The notes beneath the pieces were generated by a model. The model searched no databases and was not told the DNA's origin. It saw only the letters and a program-made list of their open reading frames with translations. Shown one piece after another: positions 29,763 through 41,300 of a DNA stretch of 64,000 nucleotides. Numbering within the stretch: the first letter of the stretch is position 1; every line of letters starts with the position of its first letter. Position numbers and translations under genes: made by a program. Source of the stretch: an uncultured Clostridia bacterium (GTDB taxonomy: Bacteria > Bacillota > Clostridia > TANB77 > UBA1234). The stretch is taken from contig CAKPEV010000002.1 in NCBI GenBank assembly GCA_934149405.1, positions 194,489-258,488 on the forward strand. Reading direction: 5' to 3'.

Positions 29763-30215
29763 ATGAAAAAATCACAAAAGATAATTTTAGCAGTTTGTTT
29801 AGCTGTAAGCGTAATTGCAATCGTAGCAATTGTATGTATTTTAGCAAGAAGACCAGAGCCAATTGAAGATAACATTGGTGGAAATGTTAATAACTCAGGC
29901 GATTTAGTTACATCATCAGGAGATGAGATGTATTTGAACGTTACAAAGAAAGTTGGAGATATAGAAATAAGCGATATAAAGATAACGTTGATCGAGAAGA
30001 ACAATTGCAGAGTAGAGGCAAAAGTTAAAAATACTGGAGATAAGTTCTTGGAGTCAACTAATATAGAAATAAAAGCAATCGATGACGAAGGTGTAGACGA
30101 AATATTTGGAGGCTTAGTAACAGCCCTTGCACCACAAGAAGAGAGCATGTTTGTAACATATGTGCTATCAGATATAAGAGACGCACATGATGTTGAGATA
30201 ACGGCGATAGAGTAG
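29763..30215 (+). CDS. small membrane-anchored hypothetical protein (single N-terminal TM helix plus a beta-rich ~100-aa ectodomain)
   Basis: 150-aa ORF with an AAAGGA Shine-Dalgarno. The TM helix is IILAVCLAVSVIAIVAIVCILA. I recognise no family motif. It is the first gene of the apparent operon. Confidence 0.7.
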   Translation: MKKSQKIILAVCLAVSVIAIVAIVCILARRPEPIEDNIGGNVNNSGDLVTSSGDEMYLNVTKKVGDIEISDIKITLIEKNNCRVEAKVKNTGDKFLESTNIEIKAIDDEGVDEIFGGLVTALAPQEESMFVTYVLSDIRDAHDVEITAIE

Positions 30216-30294
30216 TAGAAAAAGTAATAGTATAAAAATTTAATATAAGGAAATTAGCAAGTTCATAAAAATCAAATTGAAATGGGATGGTGTT

Positions 30295-33200
30295 ATGATG
30301 TTAGAAAATCTAAAGAATAACAAGGGAGTAATAAAATTAATAATGATGTTTATGCTGGTAACACTCTTTATGATGCTATCTCAAATTTCATATGCAGCAG
30401 CGAGTGATATGATAACTGAATGGACAATACCTTCTGCAAACACAACAATTAAATTGCCAGTAAAATCGAGTGGTGATAGTGCGTTAAATATAACAGTTGA
30501 TTGGGGCGATGGAACAACAGAAGAAACATTTACAACAAACTTCCCAACACACACTTATGCTACAGCAGGAACATATGAAATAAAAGTATGGGGAACATGT
30601 CCAAAGTGGGGATATATAAGTAGTTCTTCAGCAAGTACATCAAGCAACTATTACACATACACACAATATTTAACAAAAGTAAAACAATTTGGTGAATTAG
30701 GAGCTCAACAATATGGATTTGCACAATGTAAAAACTTAACCGAAGTATCTGGAGATAATTTGGTAACAAATAGAACATTTGAGAAAACAACAAGTATGAC
30801 ATATATGTTTGATAATTGTAGCAAACTAACAAGCTTGGATGTAAGCGGATTTGATACATCAAATGTAACGAATATGTCATGGATGTTTAATAATTGTAGC
30901 AATCTAACGAGCTTGGATGTAAGTAATTTTAATACATCAAAGGTAATTACTATGTCATATATGTTTTGTTATTGTAGGAACCTAACGAGCTTGGATGTAA
31001 GCGGATTTGATACATCAAAGGTAACTAATATGTCATGGATGTTTCGTGACTGTAGGAACCTAACGAGCTTGGATGTAAGCGGATTTGATACATCAAAGGT
31101 AACTAATATGTCATGTATGTTTAATTATTGTAGCAACCTAACAAGCTTGGATGTAAGCAACTTTGACACATCAAATGTAACTACTATGTCATATATGTTT
31201 TCTAATTGTAGCAAACTAACGAGCTTGGATGTAAGCAATTTTAATACATCAAAAGTAACTGATATGGGTGCAATGTTTCAAGATTGCAGTACTTTGAAAA
31301 ATTTGAATGTAAGCAACTTTGACACATCAAAGGTAACAGATATGTCATATATGTTTTCTATATGTAGCAACCTAACGAGCTTGGATGTAAGTAAGTTTAA
31401 TACATCAAATGTAACGAATATGTCATCTATGTTTTATAAATGTAGCAACCTAACTAGCTTGGATGTGAGCGGATTTGATACATCAAAGGTAACCAGTATG
31501 TCATATATATTTGGTGATTGTAGCAGCCTAACGAGCTTGGATGTAAGCGGATTTGATACATCAAAGGTAACCAATATGGAATCTATGTTTACTAATTGTA
31601 GCAACCTAACGATCTTGGATTTAAGCGGATTTGATACATCAAATGTAACTACTATGTCATGGATGTTTCGTAATTGTAGCAACCTAACGAGCTTGGATGT
31701 AAGCGGATTTGATACATCAAAGGTAACCAATATGGCATCTATGTTTAATTATTGTAGCAACCTAACGAGCTTGGATGTAAGCGGATTTGATACATCAAAG
31801 GTAACCAATATGGCATCTATGTTTAATTATTGTAGCAACCTAACGAGCTTGGATGTAAGCGGATTTGATACATCAAAAGTAACAGATATGTGGGCTATGT
31901 TTTATTATTGTAGCAACCTAAAATTTATACAACTAAGCAATAAATTCAAGATACCTTCATCAAGTAATGCAAGCATGTTCGCTAACACTACAAACTTAAC
32001 CTCAATCATTCTAGTAGACAGCACACCTCTTGCAGGTCAATTCACAAATATTAAAGCTCAACTAGGCGGCAAGACAATTTACGTACCAAGCAAGGTTGCA
32101 GAAACAGCTTACGAGACATCATGGTCTGCAGATTTCACAGCAGATAGAATTCATCCAATCCTAGAGTTAGTTGGCGATGAAAAGATAACAATAAACAAAG
32201 GTGAGACATATCTTGATGAGGGTTATACAGTTGCAGGATTAGATATTGCTGATGCTCAATATTATAATTGCTATGGTTATAGCGTTGCTAAAATAGGCAG
32301 TATCTCCCCAAGCGATACAGGGACTTATACTATTAAATATCAACTAAAAAGAACAGAAAATGCAGTTGCAACAACTGTTGAGGAAGTAACTAGAACTATT
32401 GAAATTATAGATATTGATATAATTCCACCAAAAGGTGTTATTTCAATTATTAATGGCACAATGCAAAATGGTACTATCACTGTAAAAAGTACGGAAATAA
32501 AAATTGGAGTTACAGCAACAGACAATGTTTCAAAAGCGGATCAAATAAAAATTTATGTTGTATTAGATCAAGTTCCAGACACAGAAAAGATTCCAGATAG
32601 CAGTTGGGAGAACTATACTGATGGATATACAAAAATATTAACAGCATCATCCGGTGCAAAAAATGCGATTGTGTATGTGGTTTTAAAAGATGCTATGGGA
32701 AATACAAACACAATTTTTAAAGGTACAAATACATCATATAAATTAAAATATGATGCGAATGGTGGCACAAATGCACCGGCAGAAGAAACAGCATATTTTG
32801 GAATGCCATACAAAGTAACACATAAGAAACCAAATTATGAGGGAAAATATTTTTTGGGTTGGAGTACAAATAAAAATGCAAATGTTGCAAGTTATTTGCA
32901 AAATGACACGATACCTGCAAATATATTTGCAGGAACATCAAGCGCTGTAACATTATATGCAATTTGGACAGATAGCATTGAAAAATTGCCATTATTAACA
33001 GATAGAGCAAAAGTAGGAGATTATATAAACTATCCAGTAAGTTATGAAAATAAAGGTTTTCAGTATTATACAAATAATTCAAAATTAACAGGATGGCGTG
33101 TAATTAGTAAAGACGTAGATATAAACGGAACTGCATCAGAGGGGACAATAAATATAATTACAGCAGGAATACCATTAGCGGAAAATTATTCAATTGGTGG

Positions 33201-35229
33201 TAAAGAATTTTTGTTTAATGATTTCATAAACGGTAGCAAATACCCAGCATGTGGGTTCATTAACAATAATTTGTCTAGCATATTCAAAAATAAATATACG
33301 GTAATAAACAATAATAAACCTGCTGTAAGAAGCGTTAATCTTACTGATATAGAAAGTGTGACAGGAATTAGTGGCATAGCGTTAAATACATCATTAGCAG
33401 ATGAAAAATATAACAGCTTGTTAAATGTAGGTTCATTATATGAGTTAGCGACAAAATATAGTGGATATGGTTTATATAATGTGACTGGCACAGGTATTTT
33501 AAGTCAAGGGCAAGCAAAGGCGGGTGTTCGTCCAGTTGTTGAGTTAAAAAATGTTGTAAGAACAGATGGAATGGATGAAACAGGAGCATGGGATATAAAA
33601 ATAGCAGCAAGTGAAGAAATACCAGACCAAATACAAGTTACATTTGATCCAGTTGGTGGAACGGTATCCCCAACAAGTAAAATAGTGCCATACCTTGGAA
33701 CATATGGTGAGTTACCGGTACCAACAAAAGATAAATATGAATTTGCAGGTTGGTATACAGAAAGTGAATATGTAACAAAAGTAGATGAAAATACAACAGT
33801 TGGTTTGCCATATGCAGTGACATTGTATGCAAAGTGGATTCCACTTGGAAGTTATGTAAAAGTTACTTCATCAACATTAACAACAGGAAATGAGTATATA
33901 ATAACATATAACGACAGTGTTGCAGTGGTGCAAACAGGAAACTCGACAGGGACATCATCTAGTTATAGTTTGACTTCGGGAGAGGTAACGCCAGAAAACG
34001 ATATAATATATACAAATGATACAAGAATGGTTTGGACATTTGAAAGAGGTAAACCATCAAGTTCTGGCTGGCCATCACAAGGCAGTAGCGGTGGAAGCAG
34101 TGGTTACTTTACAAATAAATGGTCTGGACAAAAGCTTACAGAAGATGTCATAACATACTCTAATGGTACTTTAAGTGAACCGGCAGTGAGCTTTTATTCA
34201 AATCCGCGTTATTGGATATATACAAATGGAAGATTTGGAATAAAAAGTTCTTCTTCGATTCCTCAAGGAGCTTATCCATTTTACCTATACGAACAAAGGC
34301 AACAAGTATTATTTGATCCAAATGGCGGAACAGTGACTCCAACATCAAAAGATATAACAAAAGGTAGCGCATATGGAGAACTACCAACACCAACAAGAGA
34401 TGGATATGTATTTGCAGGTTGGTTTACTGATGATGCAGAACCTGAAGAAATAAAGAGCACAACGATAGTAACAAAAACAGGAAGCCATACACTATACGCA
34501 CGTTGGGCAACTGCAAGTACGAAGTATACAATAACATATGATGCAAATGGAGGAAGTGGAGCGCCAGCAAGTCAAATAAAAGGTGTAAATGAGTCAATAA
34601 CATTATCAACGACAATACCAACAAGAACATACTATACATTTAAAGAGTGGAATACAAAATCTGATGGTAGTGGAAAAGCATATAAAGCAGGTGCAACATA
34701 TTCAACAAATGCTAATTTAAAGCTATATGCACAATGGTATGGTATATCAGTTACATTGACACTTGATGGAAATGGAGGAAGATATGTAGATAAAAGTGGT
34801 AATTATCTTTCTACAAAAACAACTACTGTCACATATGGAGATATATACAGATCAGCATTCTCAGAAAGTTGGTACAGTAGTGAAGGTGAATTTGATGGTT
34901 GGTATACTTCTCGAACAGGAGGTAGCCATGTATCAAGTTACACTAAGGTGACAAATCCATCTGCACACACATTATATGCTCATTGGAAAGAATCTACACC
35001 AACACCAACGCCTACACCTGGTGGAACTACATCTTGTACAGGTTCTTTTGTGGTTACAAGTGATACACATGTACCATGCCCATCGTGTGGAATGTATTCT
35101 TCGGATTCTGATGTGCATCAAATAACAGAGACTTGTAACAAGTGTGGGGCTAGCACAACATATTATGGTGGTTTATGTACATGTTCAGGATTTAAAACAA
35201 CATCTCCATCAAGAATACACAAATACTAA
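30295..35229 (+). CDS. secreted giant surface protein (15-unit DUF285/BspA-type LRR array, Ig-like domains, Flg_new repeats, C-terminal CxxC pair)
   Basis: The ORF track starts at TTG 30277 and the first ATG is 30295. The signal peptide is ..[34 protein letters not shown] unit precedes 15 26-residue repeats. At least five Listeria-Bacteroides repeats are present (..DANGGT.., FDPVGGTV.., FDPNGGTV.., YDANGGSG.., LDGNGGRY..). The tail has CPSCG and CNKCG. Confidence 0.9.
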   Translation: MMLENLKNNKGVIKLIMMFMLVTLFMMLSQISYAAASDMITEWTIPSANTTIKLPVKSSGDSALNITVDWGDGTTEETFTTNFPTHTYATAGTYEIKVWGTCPKWGYISSSSASTSSNYYTYTQYLTKVKQFGELGAQQYGFAQCKNLTEVSGDNLVTNRTFEKTTSMTYMFDNCSKLTSLDVSGFDTSNVTNMSWMFNNCSNLTSLDVSNFNTSKVITMSYMFCYCRNLTSLDVSGFDTSKVTNMSWMFRDCRNLTSLDVSGFDTSKVTNMSCMFNYCSNLTSLDVSNFDTSNVTTMSYMFSNCSKLTSLDVSNFNTSKVTDMGAMFQDCSTLKNLNVSNFDTSKVTDMSYMFSICSNLTSLDVSKFNTSNVTNMSSMFYKCSNLTSLDVSGFDTSKVTSMSYIFGDCSSLTSLDVSGFDTSKVTNMESMFTNCSNLTILDLSGFDTSNVTTMSWMFRNCSNLTSLDVSGFDTSKVTNMASMFNYCSNLTSLDVSGFDTSKVTNMASMFNYCSNLTSLDVSGFDTSKVTDMWAMFYYCSNLKFIQLSNKFKIPSSSNASMFANTTNLTSIILVDSTPLAGQFTNIKAQLGGKTIYVPSKVAETAYETSWSADFTADRIHPILELVGDEKITINKGETYLDEGYTVAGLDIADAQYYNCYGYSVAKIGSISPSDTGTYTIKYQLKRTENAVATTVEEVTRTIEIIDIDIIPPKGVISIINGTMQNGTITVKSTEIKIGVTATDNVSKADQIKIYVVLDQVPDTEKIPDSSWENYTDGYTKILTASSGAKNAIVYVVLKDAMGNTNTIFKGTNTSYKLKYDANGGTNAPAEETAYFGMPYKVTHKKPNYEGKYFLGWSTNKNANVASYLQNDTIPANIFAGTSSAVTLYAIWTDSIEKLPLLTDRAKVGDYINYPVSYENKGFQYYTNNSKLTGWRVISKDVDINGTASEGTINIITAGIPLAENYSIGGKEFLFNDFINGSKYPACGFINNNLSSIFKNKYTVINNNKPAVRSVNLTDIESVTGISGIALNTSLADEKYNSLLNVGSLYELATKYSGYGLYNVTGTGILSQGQAKAGVRPVVELKNVVRTDGMDETGAWDIKIAASEEIPDQIQVTFDPVGGTVSPTSKIVPYLGTYGELPVPTKDKYEFAGWYTESEYVTKVDENTTVGLPYAVTLYAKWIPLGSYVKVTSSTLTTGNEYIITYNDSVAVVQTGNSTGTSSSYSLTSGEVTPENDIIYTNDTRMVWTFERGKPSSSGWPSQGSSGGSSGYFTNKWSGQKLTEDVITYSNGTLSEPAVSFYSNPRYWIYTNGRFGIKSSSSIPQGAYPFYLYEQRQQVLFDPNGGTVTPTSKDITKGSAYGELPTPTRDGYVFAGWFTDDAEPEEIKSTTIVTKTGSHTLYARWATASTKYTITYDANGGSGAPASQIKGVNESITLSTTIPTRTYYTFKEWNTKSDGSGKAYKAGATYSTNANLKLYAQWYGISVTLTLDGNGGRYVDKSGNYLSTKTTTVTYGDIYRSAFSESWYSSEGEFDGWYTSRTGGSHVSSYTKVTNPSAHTLYAHWKESTPTPTPTPGGTTSCTGSFVVTSDTHVPCPSCGMYSSDSDVHQITETCNKCGASTTYYGGLCTCSGFKTTSPSRIHKY
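30778..31940 (+). repeat. in-frame tandem array of 15 x 78-nt (26-residue) LRR units, including perfect tandem copies
   Basis: Unit 31681-31758 is repeated exactly at 31759-31836, and its first 41 nt are repeated again at 31837-31877. Neighbouring units share long identical stretches (aacctaacgagcttggatgtaagcggatttgatacatcaaa). Confidence 0.9.
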
Positions 35230-35325
35230 AAGTGTGATAATTCAAATTTTCTCGAGTGCATAATGAATAAAAATTAACTTGTGAAGAAATAAGATAAATT
35301 AAAATTTTCAGAAAGGATGGCACAT

Positions 35326-38300
35326 ATGAAAAATAAAGCGATTATAACAAGCCTAATAATTATAATGGTAGGAATAATAGCTCTGGGCATAGGCTGGCAC
35401 AAAATATTTGATGCCAGCGCCACAAAGCCTAATTTAATAGAGTGCAAGGGTCATATCGATAAAAATCAAGATATGAGTTGCGATATATGTGGTGCGATCC
35501 TTTCTGGTGAAAGCGATACTAAATATAAAACCGTAAAAAACACATTAGAAAGTGGCACAACAATTGAGGTAAAAGGCGATATGCCAAGTAACGCGGTTTT
35601 AACTACAAAAGAAATCACAAGAGAAGTGGCAACTAATATTGCAAAAAGATATATACCGCTAGATGATGACAAAGTCTTATATGCATATGACATCTCAATG
35701 GTTTTAAAAAACAAAAAATATCAACCAGAAAACTATGGTAAAGATGTAAATATAACATTAACTAACTTGGAAATTGAAGATCAAAAAGATGTAGCAGTAA
35801 TGCATATAATAGACAATAAAAGTTATGAAATAATGAAGTTAGATGAACTAACTAAAAATAAGGTTTCATTTAAAACAACGAGCTTTTCAACATATATAGT
35901 ATTAAAAGTTGCAACATATAATGTAACTTTCACAGGAACAGGAAACTTTGAGGTTCAAACGATAAGAGGAAATAAAATAACAAATAGTACAGAGTTAGTA
36001 AGTGGTACGAACTTTACATTTGTTGTTACGCCAAAAGCTGGTTATGGAATAAGTGGAATAACAACATCAAATGGAACAATAACAACAAATGGTGATGTAT
36101 TAAGAAAAACAGCAACAATTGATAACATAACACAAGCAACAACAATAACAGTAACAACTGTGGCAGCACCAGTAGTAACAAAACAACCGGTAACAGTAAA
36201 AGTAAATTCTGGTGAAACTGCGATATATACAGTGACAGCACAAAATGCTACAACATATGAATGGCAATATAGAACAAATGAAAATGATTATTGGAAATCA
36301 GCATCAGAAATAGGCACAACAAATAATGGCACATTAACGATAACAAATGTGACTGATGCAATAAATGGATATAGCATAAGATGTATGTTATCAAATGACA
36401 GCTTTGATAATGGATATGAGGTAAAAACAGATATGGCATATGTGATATTGGCAGAAGGAACATTGCAAATGCCTGTAGCAATAGATGAACCAATAAAAGA
36501 AGAATCAAAGATGATAACATTATGGTCAATTCCATATGCTAATACAACAATAAAATTACCGGTTCAATCATATGGGGAAACTGCTCTAAATATCACAGTA
36601 AGCTGGGGTGATGGTGCTACAGAAACAGTAACAACAGCATTTCCAACACACACATATGCAAATGTAGGAATATACGAAATAAAAGTATGGGGCACATGTC
36701 CAATATGGGGATATGCAAGTGCAGATGATGTGACAAAAACTAGAAATAGCGATTATTACACATATACACAATATTTAATCAAAGTAAAACAGTTTGGTGA
36801 ATTAAGTGCAACACGATATGGGTTCGCAAGATGTACTAAATTAACAGAGTTTTCCGGTCAAAATTTAGTAACAAGTAAAACTTTTGAAAAGACGACACGC
36901 ATGGACTATATGTTTAAAGGATGCAATAAATTAACAAATTTGGATTTAAGCAATTTTGACACATCAAAAGTGACAAATATGAGCAATATGTTTTCTTTTT
37001 GTTCAAGTTTGTTGACGTTAGATTTAAGCAAATTTAATACATCAAATGTAACCAATATGTCAGATATGTTTATAGGTTGCGAATTAACAACTTTAGACCT
37101 AAGCAAGTTCGATACATCTAGTGTAACAGACATGTCAGGGATGTTTGAATATTGTGATAAGTTAACAAATTTGGATTTAAGCAATTTTGATACATCAAGT
37201 GTAACAGATATGTCATATATGTTTTGGTTTTGCAAAAGCATGACAAGCTTGAATTTGAGCAACTTTAATACATCAAAAGTAACAAATATGTCAAAGATGT
37301 TTGGTGCTTGTTACGACTTAACAAGTTTAGATGTAAGCAAGTTCGATACATCAAAAGTAACAAATATGTCAAAGATGTTTAGTTCTTGTTCGAAAGTGGC
37401 AAGCTTGGAAGTAAATAATTTTGATACGTCAAATGTAACAGATATAAGTGGCATGTTTTCTGGTTGTAGTAGTTTGATTAGTTTAGATATAAGCAAATTT
37501 GACACATCAAAAGTGACAAGTATGAGCAGTATGTTTTATGAGTGTAGTAGCTTGACAAGTTTAGATGTAAGCGAATTTGATACATCAAAAGTGATGGATA
37601 TGATAGAGATGTTTTATAATTGCAGTAGTTTGACAAGTTTAGATGTAAGCAAATTTAACACTTCAAAAGTAACCGTTATGGCAGGGATGTTTTATAATTG
37701 CAGTAGCTTAACAAGTTTGGATGTAAGTAACTTTAATACGTCAAACGTTGTGAGAGGTACAAATGAGGTTGATGCAAGCATGCGATATATGTTTGCTGGT
37801 TGTAGTAATTTAACAAGTTTAGATGTAAGCAATTTTGATACATCAAAAGTAACAAGTATGGATGAAATGTTTGCTGGTTGTAGTAATTTAACAAGTTTAG
37901 ATGTAGGCAATTTTGATACATCAAAAGTAACAAGCATGTATGAAATGTTTGCTGCTTGTACAAGCCTAAAATCTCTACAACTAAGCAACAAATTTTTCAT
38001 ACCAGCATCAAATAATACAGACATGTTTACAAACACTACAAACCTAAAATCAATCATCCTAGTAGACGGCACACCTCTTGCAGGTCAATTCACAAACATT
38101 AAAGCTCAACTAGACGGCAAGACAATTTACGTGCCAAGCAAGTCTGCTGAGACAGCTTACGAAACATCATGGTCTACAGATTTCAGTGGTGACAGAATCC
38201 AGCCAATTCTAGAATTAGTAGGCGACGAAAATGTTACTATAAACGCAGGCGAAACGTACACCGATGCAGGCTACACAGTTGCAGGTTTTGATACTGCAAA

Positions 38301-41300
38301 TTCAGGAGATTACACAGTATACGGTTACAACGTAACAACAAGCGGAGAAGTGAACACAGCCGTTGCTGGAACATATAAAATTGACTATACAATAACAAGA
38401 ACATACACCAACGCAGGCACAACAAAGACAGATACACTAATGACTGTTACAAGAAATATAACAGTAAAGGAAGTAATAAAAGAAGAATCAAAGATGATAA
38501 CAGAATGGAACGTATCTGGCGATGCAGGATTAACAATCAAGTTGCCTGCACAATCAAGTGGCGATGTTGCATTAAACATAACAGTAGATTGGGGCGATGG
38601 CACGGCAGAGCAAACAGTAACAACATCATTCCCAACACATACTTATGCAACAGCAGGAACGTACGAAATAAAAGTATGGGGAACATGCCCAAAGTGGGGA
38701 TATGCAAGTTCAAGTTATGTATCAACAACATCAAATAGCGATTATTACACATATACACAATATTTAAGTAAAGTGAAACAGTTTGGCGAATTAGGAGCAC
38801 AGCAATACGGATTTTCACATTGTAAAAGCTTAAAAGAAGTTTCTGGCGAGAATCTAGTAACAGGCAAAACATTTGAAAAGACAACAGATATGTCAGGGAT
38901 GTTTTTTTGGTGTAGCAACCTAACGAGCTTGGATGTAAGCGGATTTGACACATCAAAGGTAACGAATATGTCAGGTATGTTTTATAATTGTAGCAAACTA
39001 ACGAGCTTGGATGTAAGCGGATTTGATACATCAAAGGTAACTAATATGTCATTTATGTTTTATATTTGTAGCAAACTAACGAGCTTGGATGTAAGCGGAT
39101 TTGATACATCAAAGGTAACTAATATGTCATATATGTTTCCTTATTGCAACCTAACGAGCTTGGATGTAAGCGGATTTGATACATCAAAGGTAACTACTAT
39201 GTCACATATGTTTTATTGTTGTAAGAACCTAACGAGCTTGGATGTAAGCAAATTTAACACATCAAAGGTAACAGATATGTCATATATGTTTTATATTTGT
39301 AGCAAACTAACGAGCTTGGATGTAAGCGGATTTGACACATCAAAAGTAAAAAATATGGAATATATGTTTTATAATTGTAGGAACCTAACCAGTTTGGATG
39401 TAAGCGGATTTGATACATCAAATGTAACAAATATGAGATTTATGTTTGGTAATTGTAGCAACCTAACGAGCTTGGATGTAAGCAAATTTAACACATCAAA
39501 GGTAACAGATATGTCATCTATGTTTTATAATTGTATGAACCTAACGAGCTTGGATGTAAGCGGATTTGACACATCAAATGTAACTATTATGGAATGGATG
39601 TTTTATAAATGTAGCAAACTAACGAGCTTGGATGTAAGTGGATTTAATACATCAAATGTAACTACTATGTCAAATATGTTTTCTGATTGTAGTAACCTAA
39701 CGAGCTTGGATGTAAGCGGATTTGACACATCAAAAGTAAAAAATATGGAATATATGTTTTATAATTGTAGGAACCTAACCAGTTTGGATGTAAGCGGATT
39801 TGATACATCAAATGTAACAAATATGAGATTTATGTTTGGTAATTGTAGCAACCTAACGAGCTTGGATGTAAGCGGATTTGATACATTAAATGTAACAAAT
39901 ATGTCAGGTATGTTTTATAAATGTAGCAAACTAATGAGCTTGGATGTAAGCAACTTTGATACGTCAAAAGTAACTAATATGACAGAGATGTTTAAAGGTT
40001 GTACAAGCTTGAAATCTTTACAAATAAGTAACAAATTTGTTATACCGACATCAGATAATACAAATATATTTACAAACACACCAAATTTAACCTCAATCAT
40101 CCTAGTAGACAGTACACCTCTTGCAGGTCAATTCACCAATATTAAAGCTCAACTAGACGGCAAGACTTTCTACGTACCAAGCAAAGTTGCAGAAACTGCT
40201 TACGAGACATCTTGGGTTGCAGATTTCAGTGGTGATAGAATTCAGCCAATACTAGAATTAGTAGGCGATGAAAATGTTACTATAAACGCAGGCGATACGT
40301 ACACAGATGCAGGCTACACAGTCGCAGGATTTGATACTACAAATTCAGGAGATTACACAGTATACGGCTACAACGTAACAACAAGCGGAGAAGTGAACAC
40401 AGCCGTTGCTGGAACATATAAAATTGATTATACAATAACAAGAACATACAACAACGCAGGCACAACAAAGACAGATACACTAATGACTGTTACAAGAAAT
40501 ATAACAGTAAAAGAAGTAATAAAAGAAGAATCAAAGATGATAACAGAATGGACAATACCATCTGCTAATGCAACAATAAAACTACCAGTACAAGGCACAG
40601 GCTTAAACATCACAGTAGATTGGGGCGATGGCACGGCAGAGCAAACAGTAACAACATCATTTCCAACGCATACATATGCTACAGCAGGAACATACGAGAT
40701 AAAAGTATGGGGAACATGCCCAAAGTGGGGATATGCAAATTTGGGCTCTGTATCAACAACATCAAATAGCGATTATTATACATCTACACAATACTTAACT
40801 AAGGTAAAACAATTTGGTGAACTAAGTGCAGTGCAATATGGTTTTGCACAATGCAAAAACTTGATAGAGGTTTCTGGTGAAAACTTAGTAACAAGCAAAA
40901 CATTTGAAAAGACAACCAATATGTCATATATGTTTTATTATTGCAGTAGCTTAACAAGTTTGGATGTAAGTAAATTTGACACATCAAAAGTAACAAATAT
41001 GTCATATATGTTTTCTAGATGTGGATTGATAAGTTTGGATATAAGCAATTTTAATACATTTAAAGTAACAGATATGTCATATATGTTTGGAGTTAGGTCG
41101 GTTAATAATGAGGTAAGCTCAGGAATAAAAGAAATAAAAGGACTAGAAAATATTAATACTTCTAATGTAATTTCAATGATGGGCATGTTCCAATGTTGTA
41201 CAGAATTGGAATATATAGATGTAAGCAATTTCGATACGTCAAAAGTAACAAATATGTCATGGATGTTTGATTGCTGTAGTAATTTGACAAATTTGAATGT

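Noticed and set aside
30778-31940. Regular 78-bp periodic repeats, which could be mistaken for a CRISPR array or a satellite.
   Set aside because: The repeats are contiguous with no unique spacers, are in frame within a long ORF and encode 26-residue LRR units. No cas genes are present.
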